From: Christensenella sp. UBA1428
GTDB lineage: Bacteria; Bacillota; Clostridia; Christensenellales; UBA1750
Direction: 5' to 3'
Length of the DNA: 64,000 nt
Assembly: GCA_002329335.1 (NCBI GenBank)
Contig: DCTY01000036.1
Location: 22,169-86,168, forward strand
Below, piece after piece: positions 1 to 9,258 of this stretch (the stretch's first letter is position 1; every line of letters begins with the position of its first letter). The notes under the pieces were generated by a model, which saw only the letters and a list, made by a program, of their open reading frames with translations, had not been told where the DNA came from and made no database searches. A program made the translations under genes and the position numbers.

Positions 1-15
1 GGGCTGCTGAAAAAT

Positions 16-753
16 ATGTTCCGGATGGGCGGGGGCGCGCAGGTCAAATGGAGCCGGCGGCAGCAGAAAATCCTGGCGCTGGCGGGGCTTGATCCTGCTG
101 CGGCGCTTCCCCCGGCGTGGGTCTGGATGGCCACCCGCCCAAACGCCGATCCGGTTGCGTTTGCCTATTGCCTTTTTGACGAAAATCATCGCTATACCGC
201 CGATCTTTATGCGCCCCTGCTGGGCGAAGCGCCGTTTCGCCGGCTGGAAAAATGGATGACGGATCATGGCTATCGCGCCTATGATACCTATAACACCCAA
301 TGGCCGGATTATCAGCTGACGCTCTGCTATGCAAACCCGGCGTGGGGCGATGAGCGCCCCCGCGGCGGCAACGCGTATAAAATCAAGCATACCGGCATTT
401 GCGCGCAGTTTGACGCGTATGTGGACGAGCCTGTGTCGCTGGGGCTGTGTATTCCATCTGGTATGAAGCCCTATCTGGCGCATTTTGATCAGATGCCGCC
501 AAAGGTTCAGGCGTTTGTAATGGAGCGCACCAAAAAATGCGATGGATGCAGGTACTGCGTTCAGACGGACAAAACGGGCCGCAGGCCCCTGGCGTGCATC
601 CCGATCAGGTACCGGGACGAAACATACCGGCTTTGTCCGTATTTTCCGGGGTATCGCTATTGCTGGCACCGAATCGACGACGGCCTTGTCGGGAATCTGA
701 CGGCGCTGCTGGATTTTATGGATGGATTTGCCGGTAAACTGGCGGCAAAATAA
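16..753 (+). CDS. Hypothetical protein, Cys-rich C-terminal half; the frame is open to position 1, so it may be 5'-truncated by the window edge
   Basis: 245-aa ORF with balanced composition. C-terminal cluster CDGCRYC...C...C...C. No family recognised. Confidence 0.5.
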   Translation: MFRMGGGAQVKWSRRQQKILALAGLDPAAALPPAWVWMATRPNADPVAFAYCLFDENHRYTADLYAPLLGEAPFRRLEKWMTDHGYRAYDTYNTQWPDYQLTLCYANPAWGDERPRGGNAYKIKHTGICAQFDAYVDEPVSLGLCIPSGMKPYLAHFDQMPPKVQAFVMERTKKCDGCRYCVQTDKTGRRPLACIPIRYRDETYRLCPYFPGYRYCWHRIDDGLVGNLTALLDFMDGFAGKLAAK

Positions 754-845
754 AAAGAATCCGGGGCGGGCGGCCGGTTTGGAAACGGCAGCCCGCCCCG
801 GTGCTTTTTGGGAGGCGGCGGTGTTGTATCCGGCCTAAGGGCGGA

Positions 846-1490
846 TCAGTCGTTTTTTTCGTGCAGCGCCAGCACATATTTTGCAATTTCATTTTCCGGC
901 GCAAAGGTTTTCAGACAATCCTGAACCGCCTTGCCTGCCGTGGCATGGCGCATCAGCGCAGGGTCGACGGCGCGCAGGGCGTCAAGGGGCGCTTGGCATA
1001 CCGACGCTTTGACCTGCTTTAGCTGGGCGGCGTACTGCTTTTGCGCCTGCGCGCGATGGACGGGATACCCGCCGCCGGCCGGCGTGCCGAGCAGTTTTTC
1101 AAAAATATTGCGCAGGTTCAGCTCGCCGCCCCAGCCAAAGCCCTTGGCGTACGGCAGCGAGACGGCGTTGCCGGCGTTGATGCGCATAAACAGCTCGGCT
1201 TCGACCGGGTCATAGATCAGGCCGCACTGCACGCCCGGATAGCTGTTGAGCGAAAGCATGACGCCCTGGCCCGTGCCGCAGCCGGAAACGACAAAATCCA
1301 CCGCGCCGCTTGCAAGCAGCGCAAAGCCGAGCATGCCGATATGGACATAGGAAAGCTCCGGCTCCTGCGGGCCGGTTTGCCCCAGATTGTAAACGGCGTG
1401 GCCCGCGTCAAACGCGCACTGGCTCAGCGCGTCGTAAATCACCGGGTTTTTTTCACACTGGCTGACTTCGTTTAAAAGCGCGATTCTCAT
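846..1490 (-). CDS. RpiB/LacA/LacB-family sugar-phosphate isomerase
   Basis: N-terminus MRIALLNE..., central VVSGCGTGQG motif typical of the RpiB/LacAB fold. RBS AAAGGAG 8 nt upstream of the ATG. Confidence 0.8.
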   Translation of the reverse strand: MRIALLNEVSQCEKNPVIYDALSQCAFDAGHAVYNLGQTGPQEPELSYVHIGMLGFALLASGAVDFVVSGCGTGQGVMLSLNSYPGVQCGLIYDPVEAELFMRINAGNAVSLPYAKGFGWGGELNLRNIFEKLLGTPAGGGYPVHRAQAQKQYAAQLKQVKASVCQAPLDALRAVDPALMRHATAGKAVQDCLKTFAPENEIAKYVLALHEKND

Positions 1491-1654
1491 GGAACATGCT
1501 CCTTTGATTTGATAGCAACAGTATAACGCGCATTTGGGGGGAGGTCAACTTTACGAAACGCCGGTTTTCTGCTATACTGAAGCTGCATTTTGACAACAGG
1601 ACAATTCGCTGCGCGCCGGGCGCGGGCGGGGACAACAAAAGGAGAGCGGTTTTT

Positions 1655-4054
1655 ATGGATTTTACGATGACGCCCTTTCCGGACGGCGTGCAGATTGAAG
1701 CGGGGGAGCGGCTTTTGCGCATTGCGGGCGTCGGCGCGGGGATTTTAAGAATCAACGAAACGCGCCGCGGGGCGTTTTTAAACCAGCCCAGCGAAATTGT
1801 CGTGCGCCAGGGCGGCCATCCCTGCGCCGTGACCCAAAGCGATGCGGCCGTCGTCGTGGACGCGGGGCAGATCCGGGTGCGGATGGACCGGAAATACGGC
1901 AATTTAACATTTTATGACGCCGCCGGGCGCGTGCTGCTGGATCAGCCGCGCTATGACGGACATCTGTTTGAAACGACGCCGGTATGGATCAACGAGTTTG
2001 ACCCAAGCGCCCAAATCGAGGAAAAGCAGAGCGTGGACGGCGCGCGCTCCGACGCGCAGGCGTTTACGCCCCGGCATGTGCGCGACGCTTACCAGCTGAA
2101 AATCAATTTCCTTTTCGACCGCGATGAGGGGCTTTACGGACTGGGGTCGCACGAGGAAGGGTACGGCAACCTGCGCGGCAGAAGACGCAATTTGTTTCAG
2201 TACAACATGAAGGCGTGCGTGCCGGTGCTGGTATCCACCAAGGGCTACGGCGTGCTGTTTGATTTTAGCTGCCTGATGGTGTTTCATGACGACCCGGACG
2301 GCTCGTATCTGTGGGCCGACTGTGCGGACGAACTGGACTACTACGTTTTTGCCGGCGGCGATTTTGACGGCGTGATGGGCAATTACCGCGCCCTTACCGG
2401 GGAAACGCCGATGCTGCCGCGCTGGGCGTTTGGATATTTTCAAAGCAAGCAGCGCTATCAATCCTTTCAGGAGCTTCAGGACGTCGCCGCGCGCTACCGC
2501 GCCCTGGGCGTCGGGCTGGACTGCATCGTGCAGGATTGGCGCTCCTGGCCCGAGCCGCTGTGGGGGCAGAAATCCTTTTGCCCGGTGCGCTTTGCCCAGC
2601 CGGAAAAGAACATCGCAAAGCTCCATGAAATGGACGTGCATCTGATGCTCTCCGTCTGGCCGAATATGACCGGAGACGGCGAAAACCGCATGGAGATGCT
2701 GCGTCAGGGTGTGATGCTGGGCAACCGGAGCACCTATGACGCCTTTGATCCCAAAGGACGCGCGCTGTATTGGAAACAGGCCAACGAGGGGCTGTTTTCA
2801 AAGGGGCTGGACGCCTGGTGGTGCGACTGCACCGAACCGTTTGAGGCCGACTGGGACGGCGCGGTGCGCGCCGAAAGCCACGAACGCATTGCCAAAAACA
2901 CCGCAATGTTTAAAAAATACCTTGATCCGGCCAAAATCAACGCCTATAGCCTGATGCACAGCAAGGGCATATACCAGGGGCAGCGAAATACGACCGATGA
3001 AAAGCGTGTGGTCAACCTGACCCGTTCCTCCTATGCGGGCCAGCACCGGTACGCGACGATTACCTGGTCGGGGGACGTAACGGCCAAATGGGAAACGCTG
3101 CGCCGCCATATTCCGGAAGGGTGCAATTTTACCGCAACCGGGGAACCGTACTGGTCCACGGACGCGGGCGGCTTTTTCGTCCGGCGCGCCCGGCAGTGGT
3201 TCTGGCGCGGCGATTTTGACGGCGGCGCAGCGGATCTGGGCTTTCGCGAGCTGTATGTGCGCTGGCTGTGGTACAGCGTTTTTCTGCCGATGATGCGTTC
3301 CCACGGCGACGATACCCCGCGGGAGATCTGGAATTTCGGCAATCCGGGCGAGCCGTTTTTTGAGGCGATCCGGTCGGCCATCCAGATGCGCTATGCGCTG
3401 GTGCCGTACCTTTACAGCCTGTGCGCGCGCGTCAACCAAACGGGCGCGGCGATGCTCAAGGCCCCGGCGCTGGCGTTTGCCAACGACGAAACGCTGCGCG
3501 GGCCCGTGGGCGAAACGGCGATGCTCACCGGCGATTTTCTCTATGTGCGCCCTGTAACCGAGCCGATGGATTATGGGCCGGAGAGCGCGCCGGTTTTGGG
3601 CCACGACCATCATGTGGACGTATATCTGCCCAAGGGCGCGCTGTGGTACGATTTTTATACCAACGAGCGTTTTGAAGGCGGGCAGACGGTTCATACCGCC
3701 GCGCCGCTCAGCCGCATTCCGGTTTATGTGCGCGCCGGGGCGATTTTGCCCACCGCGCGTCCGGCGCAAAGCACGGCCGCTCAGCGCGGCGCGCCGGTGA
3801 CGCTGACGGTTTATCCCGGGTGCGACGGGCGTTTTACGCTCTATGACGATGCGGGCGACGGCTACGGCTACGAGCAGGGACAATGCGCGCAGATTGATAT
3901 GACCTGGGACGATGCGGCGCGGACCCTTACGCTGGGCGCACGCCGGGGCAGCTATCCGGGGATGGCGTCGGTCTGCACCTTCCTGGTGCGTGTATCGGGC
4001 GGCGCGCCGCTTTCGATTGCTTATGACGGGGCGCAGCGGGAGATTTTATTATAG
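1655..4054 (+). CDS. Glycoside hydrolase family 31 (alpha-glucosidase/alpha-xylosidase-like)
   Basis: 799 aa. GH31 signatures PRWAFGYFQSK, DCIVQDW, DAWWCDCTEP, SGD..., MRSHG. RBS AAAGGAGAG. Confidence 0.9.
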   Translation: MDFTMTPFPDGVQIEAGERLLRIAGVGAGILRINETRRGAFLNQPSEIVVRQGGHPCAVTQSDAAVVVDAGQIRVRMDRKYGNLTFYDAAGRVLLDQPRYDGHLFETTPVWINEFDPSAQIEEKQSVDGARSDAQAFTPRHVRDAYQLKINFLFDRDEGLYGLGSHEEGYGNLRGRRRNLFQYNMKACVPVLVSTKGYGVLFDFSCLMVFHDDPDGSYLWADCADELDYYVFAGGDFDGVMGNYRALTGETPMLPRWAFGYFQSKQRYQSFQELQDVAARYRALGVGLDCIVQDWRSWPEPLWGQKSFCPVRFAQPEKNIAKLHEMDVHLMLSVWPNMTGDGENRMEMLRQGVMLGNRSTYDAFDPKGRALYWKQANEGLFSKGLDAWWCDCTEPFEADWDGAVRAESHERIAKNTAMFKKYLDPAKINAYSLMHSKGIYQGQRNTTDEKRVVNLTRSSYAGQHRYATITWSGDVTAKWETLRRHIPEGCNFTATGEPYWSTDAGGFFVRRARQWFWRGDFDGGAADLGFRELYVRWLWYSVFLPMMRSHGDDTPREIWNFGNPGEPFFEAIRSAIQMRYALVPYLYSLCARVNQTGAAMLKAPALAFANDETLRGPVGETAMLTGDFLYVRPVTEPMDYGPESAPVLGHDHHVDVYLPKGALWYDFYTNERFEGGQTVHTAAPLSRIPVYVRAGAILPTARPAQSTAAQRGAPVTLTVYPGCDGRFTLYDDAGDGYGYEQGQCAQIDMTWDDAARTLTLGARRGSYPGMASVCTFLVRVSGGAPLSIAYDGAQREILL

Positions 4055-4063
4055 GAGGCGTCT

Positions 4064-5134
4064 ATGCAGGCCGATCCGTATGTTTTAAACCGATTGACCA
4101 ATCTGATGCACGGCCAGGGGCTTTGCTGGGCGGTTCCCGTCGTGCGCGACGCAGTTCGCGCCCGGGCGCAGGAACCCAAAACGCCCAAAACCCCGCAGCA
4201 GCTTTTCGACGGGTATTTTACCGAGGCCGGCGTTTGGGGTTATTGGGGCCAATATCTGGATACGCACCTGCTTTTGGGCCATCAGCTGCCCATCGTATGG
4301 TGCAATTTCGGCACCTCCGGCTCGGCCAAATACGCGCCGGGCGCACGCTTTGCCTGCCGCCCGGATACGATCTGGTATGAGCCGATCATCAAGGACTGGG
4401 CGGCGCAGCCGCCGCTGTACGATCCTCAAAGCCCCAATCTTTTGCGCGAGCTCGATACCATCCGGGCGCTTTGCCAACGCCATGGCGACCGGGCGATGAT
4501 CTCCTTTCCGGACAACTGCGGGGTGCTTGACGCGCTGGCGCATCTGCGCGGCAGCGAAGCGCTTTTGATGGATATGCTCTGTGAACCGCAGGCGGTTCAT
4601 CTGGCCATGCGCCGGCTGCTCGACGGGTGGAAGGACAGCGCGGCGCGGCTGTTTGACGCGCTGAGGGACAACAATCTGGGCGGCAGCTGCCATGGCTGGA
4701 TGTATACCTGGTACCCCGGCCGCCATGCGCAGCTTCAGGCGGATCTGTCGGTGATGCTTTCTCCGGATTTGTACGAGCAATTCGTCCTGCCCGAATTGTA
4801 TGAGCTGAGCGGGTTTTTGGACGCGGCGGTTTATCATCTGGACGGGCAGGAGCAGCTGCGGCATCTGGACATGATCCTGTCGGTGCCCGGTATCCGCATG
4901 ATTCAGTGGACGCCGGTGGCCGGTCAACTGCCCACCAGCGCCTATCTGCCGGCGCTTGAGCGCATCTTAAAGGCGGGCAAGGCGCTGGTGCTGCTGCCCG
5001 GCAAGGCAGAGCTGGACACATTGCTGCCCGCCCTTGGGCGCGACGGCGTGTTTTACATCGTGCGCGACGCTCAGAGCGAAGCGGAGGCCATGGCCATTGC
5101 CTCCCGCCTGGAAGCGTTTGCCGGTCAAAAATAA
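4064..5134 (+). CDS. Hypothetical protein, possibly a uroporphyrinogen-decarboxylase-like (URO-D fold) family member; function unknown
   Basis: 356-aa ORF 9 nt after the GH31 stop, RBS AGGAGG. Only loose resemblance to URO-D-like proteins seen in sugar operons. Confidence 0.6.
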   Translation: MQADPYVLNRLTNLMHGQGLCWAVPVVRDAVRARAQEPKTPKTPQQLFDGYFTEAGVWGYWGQYLDTHLLLGHQLPIVWCNFGTSGSAKYAPGARFACRPDTIWYEPIIKDWAAQPPLYDPQSPNLLRELDTIRALCQRHGDRAMISFPDNCGVLDALAHLRGSEALLMDMLCEPQAVHLAMRRLLDGWKDSAARLFDALRDNNLGGSCHGWMYTWYPGRHAQLQADLSVMLSPDLYEQFVLPELYELSGFLDAAVYHLDGQEQLRHLDMILSVPGIRMIQWTPVAGQLPTSAYLPALERILKAGKALVLLPGKAELDTLLPALGRDGVFYIVRDAQSEAEAMAIASRLEAFAGQK

Positions 5135-5789
5135 AATTAGTAGAACGGTTTCGCAATCACAACGATGAAAAACGCCGCTGAACCGCATGAATACGATCTT
5201 TCAGCACCTTTTATAATCCCATGTTATTGGTTACAGAATGCCGTTTGACGCTTTTTTGACGCCTGCGCTTACAAAGCGAAGATATAAAGACATATAGCCT
5301 GATTTGAGCGGATATGCGGAAAAGCCAGTATTTAAGCTGCTTTCCAGTGATGCTTATAAACGTTTATAAGGGCTTGTAAGGCGATTTTCGTCTATAAAAT
5401 CGTATTTGTTTTTCATTTAAAAAAGCATTATGCTGTGAAAATCCTTGTAGATACTGATCTTTTTCGTCTGTTGGATTGCTTGACACCACATCGATTTTTG
5501 ATGGTTGGGTGCCAAAATGGTGTCCGGATTATCTGTGGCGATATAAAACGATGGGAATAGATATAAGAAAAAACCATACGATATGTGGGCGAACGCCCTT
5601 GTTTGCCCTCTTGTCTGCACGTTAGCAAAGACAGGTGCACTTGTCAACGATGGGCGAAGCCCGTTCCTTCTAATCGATGACGGCGGTGCTTGGCTTTGGC
5701 TACTGCTAAAAAAGCAGGAACATGGTAGAAATCTGCATATAAGTGATATTATTTGTATATCGAAGAAAACACGAAAGGAATTTGTAAAG

Positions 5790-6293
5790 ATGAACTTTTG
5801 GGTTGAACTAAAAGAAATCACCCAGAAAAATATAGATGAAGTTCTTGCATTGAAAGTTTCTGTAGAACAAAATAATTTTGTAGAGAATACAGCACGCAGC
5901 TTAGCAAAGGCGTGGGTATACAAAAATACCGCGTTCCCTTTTGCTATATATGTACACAACACGATAGTTGGTTTTATAATGTTGGGTTACTATGAGTTGA
6001 AGAATCAATATACTATTTGGCAATTTTTGATTGATGAGCGATATCAACATAAAGGATATGGAAAAGCCGCTTTGAGGTTAGGAATACAATTTTTGATAGA
6101 CGAATTTGACATTAATGAAGTTTATCTTGGGGTGAAGTTTCAGAATATTGTAGCCAAAAAACTGTACTCCTCTTATGGTTTTGTGGAGACCGGTGAAACA
6201 ACGGATACCGCGCTTGAAATGAAGCTTATTGTTAATGAAAATAATGAAACAACAGCTGCGGTTAGTCTTAATGATTTGGGATCTTCCCAATAA
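5790..6293 (+). CDS. GNAT-family N-acetyltransferase (diamine/spermidine acetyltransferase-like)
   Basis: Acetyl-CoA motif QHKGYGKAAL. Start chosen at MNFWVELKEI with RBS AAAGGAA. The gene lies in a visibly AT-rich segment. Confidence 0.8.
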   Translation: MNFWVELKEITQKNIDEVLALKVSVEQNNFVENTARSLAKAWVYKNTAFPFAIYVHNTIVGFIMLGYYELKNQYTIWQFLIDERYQHKGYGKAALRLGIQFLIDEFDINEVYLGVKFQNIVAKKLYSSYGFVETGETTDTALEMKLIVNENNETTAAVSLNDLGSSQ

Positions 6294-6828
6294 ACAAAAA
6301 TAGTAGATTTTTACGGAAAGGGTACCCCGTTCCTATGCTTGCAACGGAACTTTTTGCAAAGGAACAGGAAAGGATCGGCTAAACAGATAGCAGCTTGCTT
6401 TGAAATGTTACGCAATTAAATGGCATTTTTGAGGGGAAAGGTATCATTGTTCCGCCTTATCCGTTTTGTATCTGTAACGTCTTTGTCTGCAAGACTTAAT
6501 GAACTTCGAAAAGCGTAAATACCAGAGCGGTTCCAAACAGTCTTTTGCGCGTGAACTTGTGGTTTGCTGCCTTGTTTGTGGTGCAAAATGGTCCCAACTC
6601 TACAAAACCAACTGATACGAAGATATGAGAAAATACAAGCGGAAATGGGAAAGCCCTTGTAAATCAAGCTTTTTGATGCTTCTATAAACACTTGCAAAAA
6701 GTTATAAAACAATTTTTGTCTGTAAAATGAATAAAAAATGCGCGCCTTGGCAGGATTTTGCCGCGTGTGCGCGTATACTGTTTTGATATGAAACGATTTT
6801 ATCCCTTCGGGGTAAGGAGGTATTTTGG

Positions 6829-7350
6829 ATGAACGAGGTTTTAAACGCCATTGAGCAGCGCCGCAGCGTGCGCGGCTATGAGGACAGGGCGCTGACGCAG
6901 GAGCAGATCGACGCGCTGGTAAAGGCCGCGCTGGAATCGCCCAGCGCCCGCAACGCCCAGCCGTGGCATTTTTCCTTTGTCACCGACCAGGCGCTTTTGG
7001 CGCAGATCAATGCGGAAATTCTCAAAAACAGCGGCCTGACCGACCGCGAGATTTTCTACGGCGCGCCGCTGTGCGTCTTTTTAAGCGCGGATCGCGAAAA
7101 CAGCTGGGGGCCGGTGGACTGCGGCATTGCGGTTGAAAATCTGGCCCTTGCCGCCCATGGGCTCGGGCTTGGCAGCGTGATTTTGGGCATGCCGCGCGCG
7201 GCGTTTGCCGGCCAGCGCAGGGCGGAGTTTGAACAGGCGCTGAAAATCCCGCAAACGCATGATTTTGTCGTCGCCATTGCCATCGGCGTGCCGGCCATGA
7301 GCAAGGAGGCGCACGAGGTTTTCCCCGGGAAGGTGGATTTTGTCCGGTAA
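6829..7350 (+). CDS. Nitroreductase-family protein
   Basis: N-terminal RRSVRGY and SARNAQPWHF motifs. RBS AAGGAGG. Confidence 0.85.
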   Translation: MNEVLNAIEQRRSVRGYEDRALTQEQIDALVKAALESPSARNAQPWHFSFVTDQALLAQINAEILKNSGLTDREIFYGAPLCVFLSADRENSWGPVDCGIAVENLALAAHGLGLGSVILGMPRAAFAGQRRAEFEQALKIPQTHDFVVAIAIGVPAMSKEAHEVFPGKVDFVR

Positions 7351-7488
7351 AGGACGATCCCGGCGGAGCGGTTTTTGGATAAAAGCCAAAAAACGGCGGT
7401 AAAAGTGAATTTTTGCCGCCGTGTCTTTTCAAGCGCGGTAAAATGTGGTATGATAGATGTAGAAATTTTCGCAAAGGAGTCTGCGCAG

Positions 7489-8994
7489 ATGAAACATTAT
7501 TCCGAACTGATCGAGCTTTTGCGCCCGCAAATCAATATGGGGCCCGACCCCGTCACCCTGCATGTGGACAACGCCGAGGAGTACGGCGTTTATCCCAATT
7601 CCATCCATACGGTGAAAAAGGCGATCCTCTTTATGGTCAAGGGCGACGGCGAGGATCTTCTGATCGTGTCCAACTATGACTCTGGTTTTGCCGGCTGGAT
7701 CAAGGACGGCTATGTCGTTTGCCAGCTGTGCAAGCGCAACGCGGCGACGATGCGCCGCATCTGCCCGTTTACCAAGCCGGTGCGCGTTTTGGGCAAGGAG
7801 CGCTCCTTCGGCGTGGGCGACCGTCTGGGCATCGCTTCGGAAGGGCATCTGGCCATCTTCGAAAAATACGACGCGTATCCCGTTATGGCGCAGCAGTCCA
7901 TCCGCGAGCTGGATCTGACCAACCGCACCTATGAGGACGTGCTGGACTGCGTGACCTGGGCGGCGTTTAAAAACGATTACCGCAAGGGCTTCGGCGCCGA
8001 CGGCGACCATCTCAAGCGCGCGCAGGACGTTAAATATGCGCTGGATCTGGGCTATACGATGATCACGCTGGACTGCTCGGAGCATATCCGCAACGACGTG
8101 GAAGCGCTCAGCGACGCGCAGGTCGCGGCGCAGTATACGCCCAACGCCCAGCTGGAAGCGCTGTATCTGGGCAAAAAGTTTGACATCGGCGAAGGCGTGG
8201 TGCTGGAGTTTGGCAAAGAGGAGCTCATGCGCGACGTGCTGACCTACGGCGAAGCGATCGACTTTGCGGTGGATATTTACAACGAGTTCTTTGTCAAGGG
8301 CGCTGCGGACGCGGACTTTGAAATGTCCATTGACGAAACGGCCACGCCCACCACGCCGCTTCAGCATTTCTTTGTTGCCAGCGAGCTGATCCGCCGCGGC
8401 GTCAAGCCTGCGACGATTGCCCCCCGCTTCTGCGGCGAATTCCAAAAGGGCGTGGATTATATCGGCAACCTGGAGCAGTTTGATGCGGAAATGCAGGTGC
8501 ACGCGGTGATCGCCCGCCATTTCGGCTACAAAATTTCCGTTCACTCCGGCTCGGACAAATTCTCCGTGTTCCCCAGCGTCGGCAAGCAGACCCAGGGCGT
8601 GTTCCATGTCAAGACCGCCGGCACCAACTGGCTGGAGGCCATGAAGCTGGTGGCGATGGTCGATCCGTCCCTGTACCGCGAAATCCATGCCTATGCGCTC
8701 ACCGCGTTCCATGAAGCGACGGCGTATTACCATGTGACGACCGACCTGAATAAGGTTCCCGCGCTGGATACCCTCACCGACGCCCAGCTGCCCGAACTGT
8801 TCAACCAGAACGACGCCCGTCAGCTGATTCACATCACCTACGGCCTGATCCTCAACCACAAGAACCCCGACGGTTCCTTTGCGTTTAAGGATCGGCTCTA
8901 CAAGCTGTGGCAGCAGCATCGGGCTGAATACAATGATTTGCTGATGAAGCATATCGGCAGACATCTGGACCTGCTCGGCGTCAGCAAAAACTGA
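7489..8994 (+). CDS. uxaE: Tagaturonate/fructuronate epimerase (UxaE-family) protein
   Basis: 501 aa from MKHYSELIELL with RBS AAAGGAG. SFGVGDRLG and HSGSDKFS motifs as remembered for the UxaE family. Family assignment is from memory only. Confidence 0.65.
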   Translation: MKHYSELIELLRPQINMGPDPVTLHVDNAEEYGVYPNSIHTVKKAILFMVKGDGEDLLIVSNYDSGFAGWIKDGYVVCQLCKRNAATMRRICPFTKPVRVLGKERSFGVGDRLGIASEGHLAIFEKYDAYPVMAQQSIRELDLTNRTYEDVLDCVTWAAFKNDYRKGFGADGDHLKRAQDVKYALDLGYTMITLDCSEHIRNDVEALSDAQVAAQYTPNAQLEALYLGKKFDIGEGVVLEFGKEELMRDVLTYGEAIDFAVDIYNEFFVKGAADADFEMSIDETATPTTPLQHFFVASELIRRGVKPATIAPRFCGEFQKGVDYIGNLEQFDAEMQVHAVIARHFGYKISVHSGSDKFSVFPSVGKQTQGVFHVKTAGTNWLEAMKLVAMVDPSLYREIHAYALTAFHEATAYYHVTTDLNKVPALDTLTDAQLPELFNQNDARQLIHITYGLILNHKNPDGSFAFKDRLYKLWQQHRAEYNDLLMKHIGRHLDLLGVSKN

Positions 8995-9031
8995 TTATAT
9001 ACCGTTTTGCGGGCGCGGTGCTTCAAACCGC

Positions 9032-9256
9032 ACCTGTGAGGCTGTCGAAAAAGTTTTTTCGACAGCCTCAAATGAAATCTGCGATTTCATTTGAAACAGC
9101 CCTGCTGCGCGCCTAAAGACGCTTGCAGGGCTGCAAAGTATGAAAATCTAACGATTTTCGTCCGTTCGCCGGCAAAGCCGGCGATGCCGGGATTGAAAGT
9201 CAAGGAAACTGCGTTTCCTTGACAATCTTTCCTCAAAGAAGTTTTTTGACACGCTG
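9032..9256 (+). repeat. Multi-hairpin intergenic repeat, copy A (full length, about 225 bp)
   Basis: Contains hairpins GAGGCTGTCGAAAAA/TTTTTCGACAGCCTC, AAATGAAAT/ATTTCATTT, GAAAATC/GATTTTC, CCGGC/GCCGG and GTCAAGGAAAC/GTTTCCTTGAC. Ends in TTTTTTGACACGC. Flanked by a 23-bp direct repeat (9009-9031 and 9257-9279). Confidence 0.9.
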
Positions 9257-9258
9257 GC

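Noticed and set aside
5417-5962. 181-aa minus ORF, and 98-aa minus ORF (6416-6712), in the AT-rich island
   Set aside because: These are Phe/Ser/Ile-rich translations typical of random AT-rich sequence. The first overlaps the well-supported GNAT start. Neither has an RBS. They may at most be decayed remnants.
5150-6820. Calling the AT-rich island a defined mobile element
   Set aside because: There is no transposase, integrase, tRNA target or clean terminal repeats. Only a short imperfect direct repeat is present, so it is reported as a compositional island and not as a mobile_element feature.
7429-8964. 511-aa ORF antisense to the UxaE-like gene. Equivalent long antisense ORFs are at 9478-10971, 14019-15188, 26137-27843, 45102-46238, 53784-54848, 55089-56195, 59087-60613 and 62213-63436.
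   Set aside because: All lie fully inside strongly supported genes on the other strand, lack RBSs, and have the Arg/Gly/His/Pro-rich composition expected from reverse-complemented GC3-rich codons.
9032-9256. Whether the recurring repeat is a CRISPR array or contains a tRNA-like gene
   Set aside because: Copies are 9-16 kb apart and in both orientations, with no short regularly spaced repeat-spacer structure and no cas genes. No cloverleaf can be drawn: there is no acceptor stem with a 3' discriminator and no GTTCRANYC T-loop.
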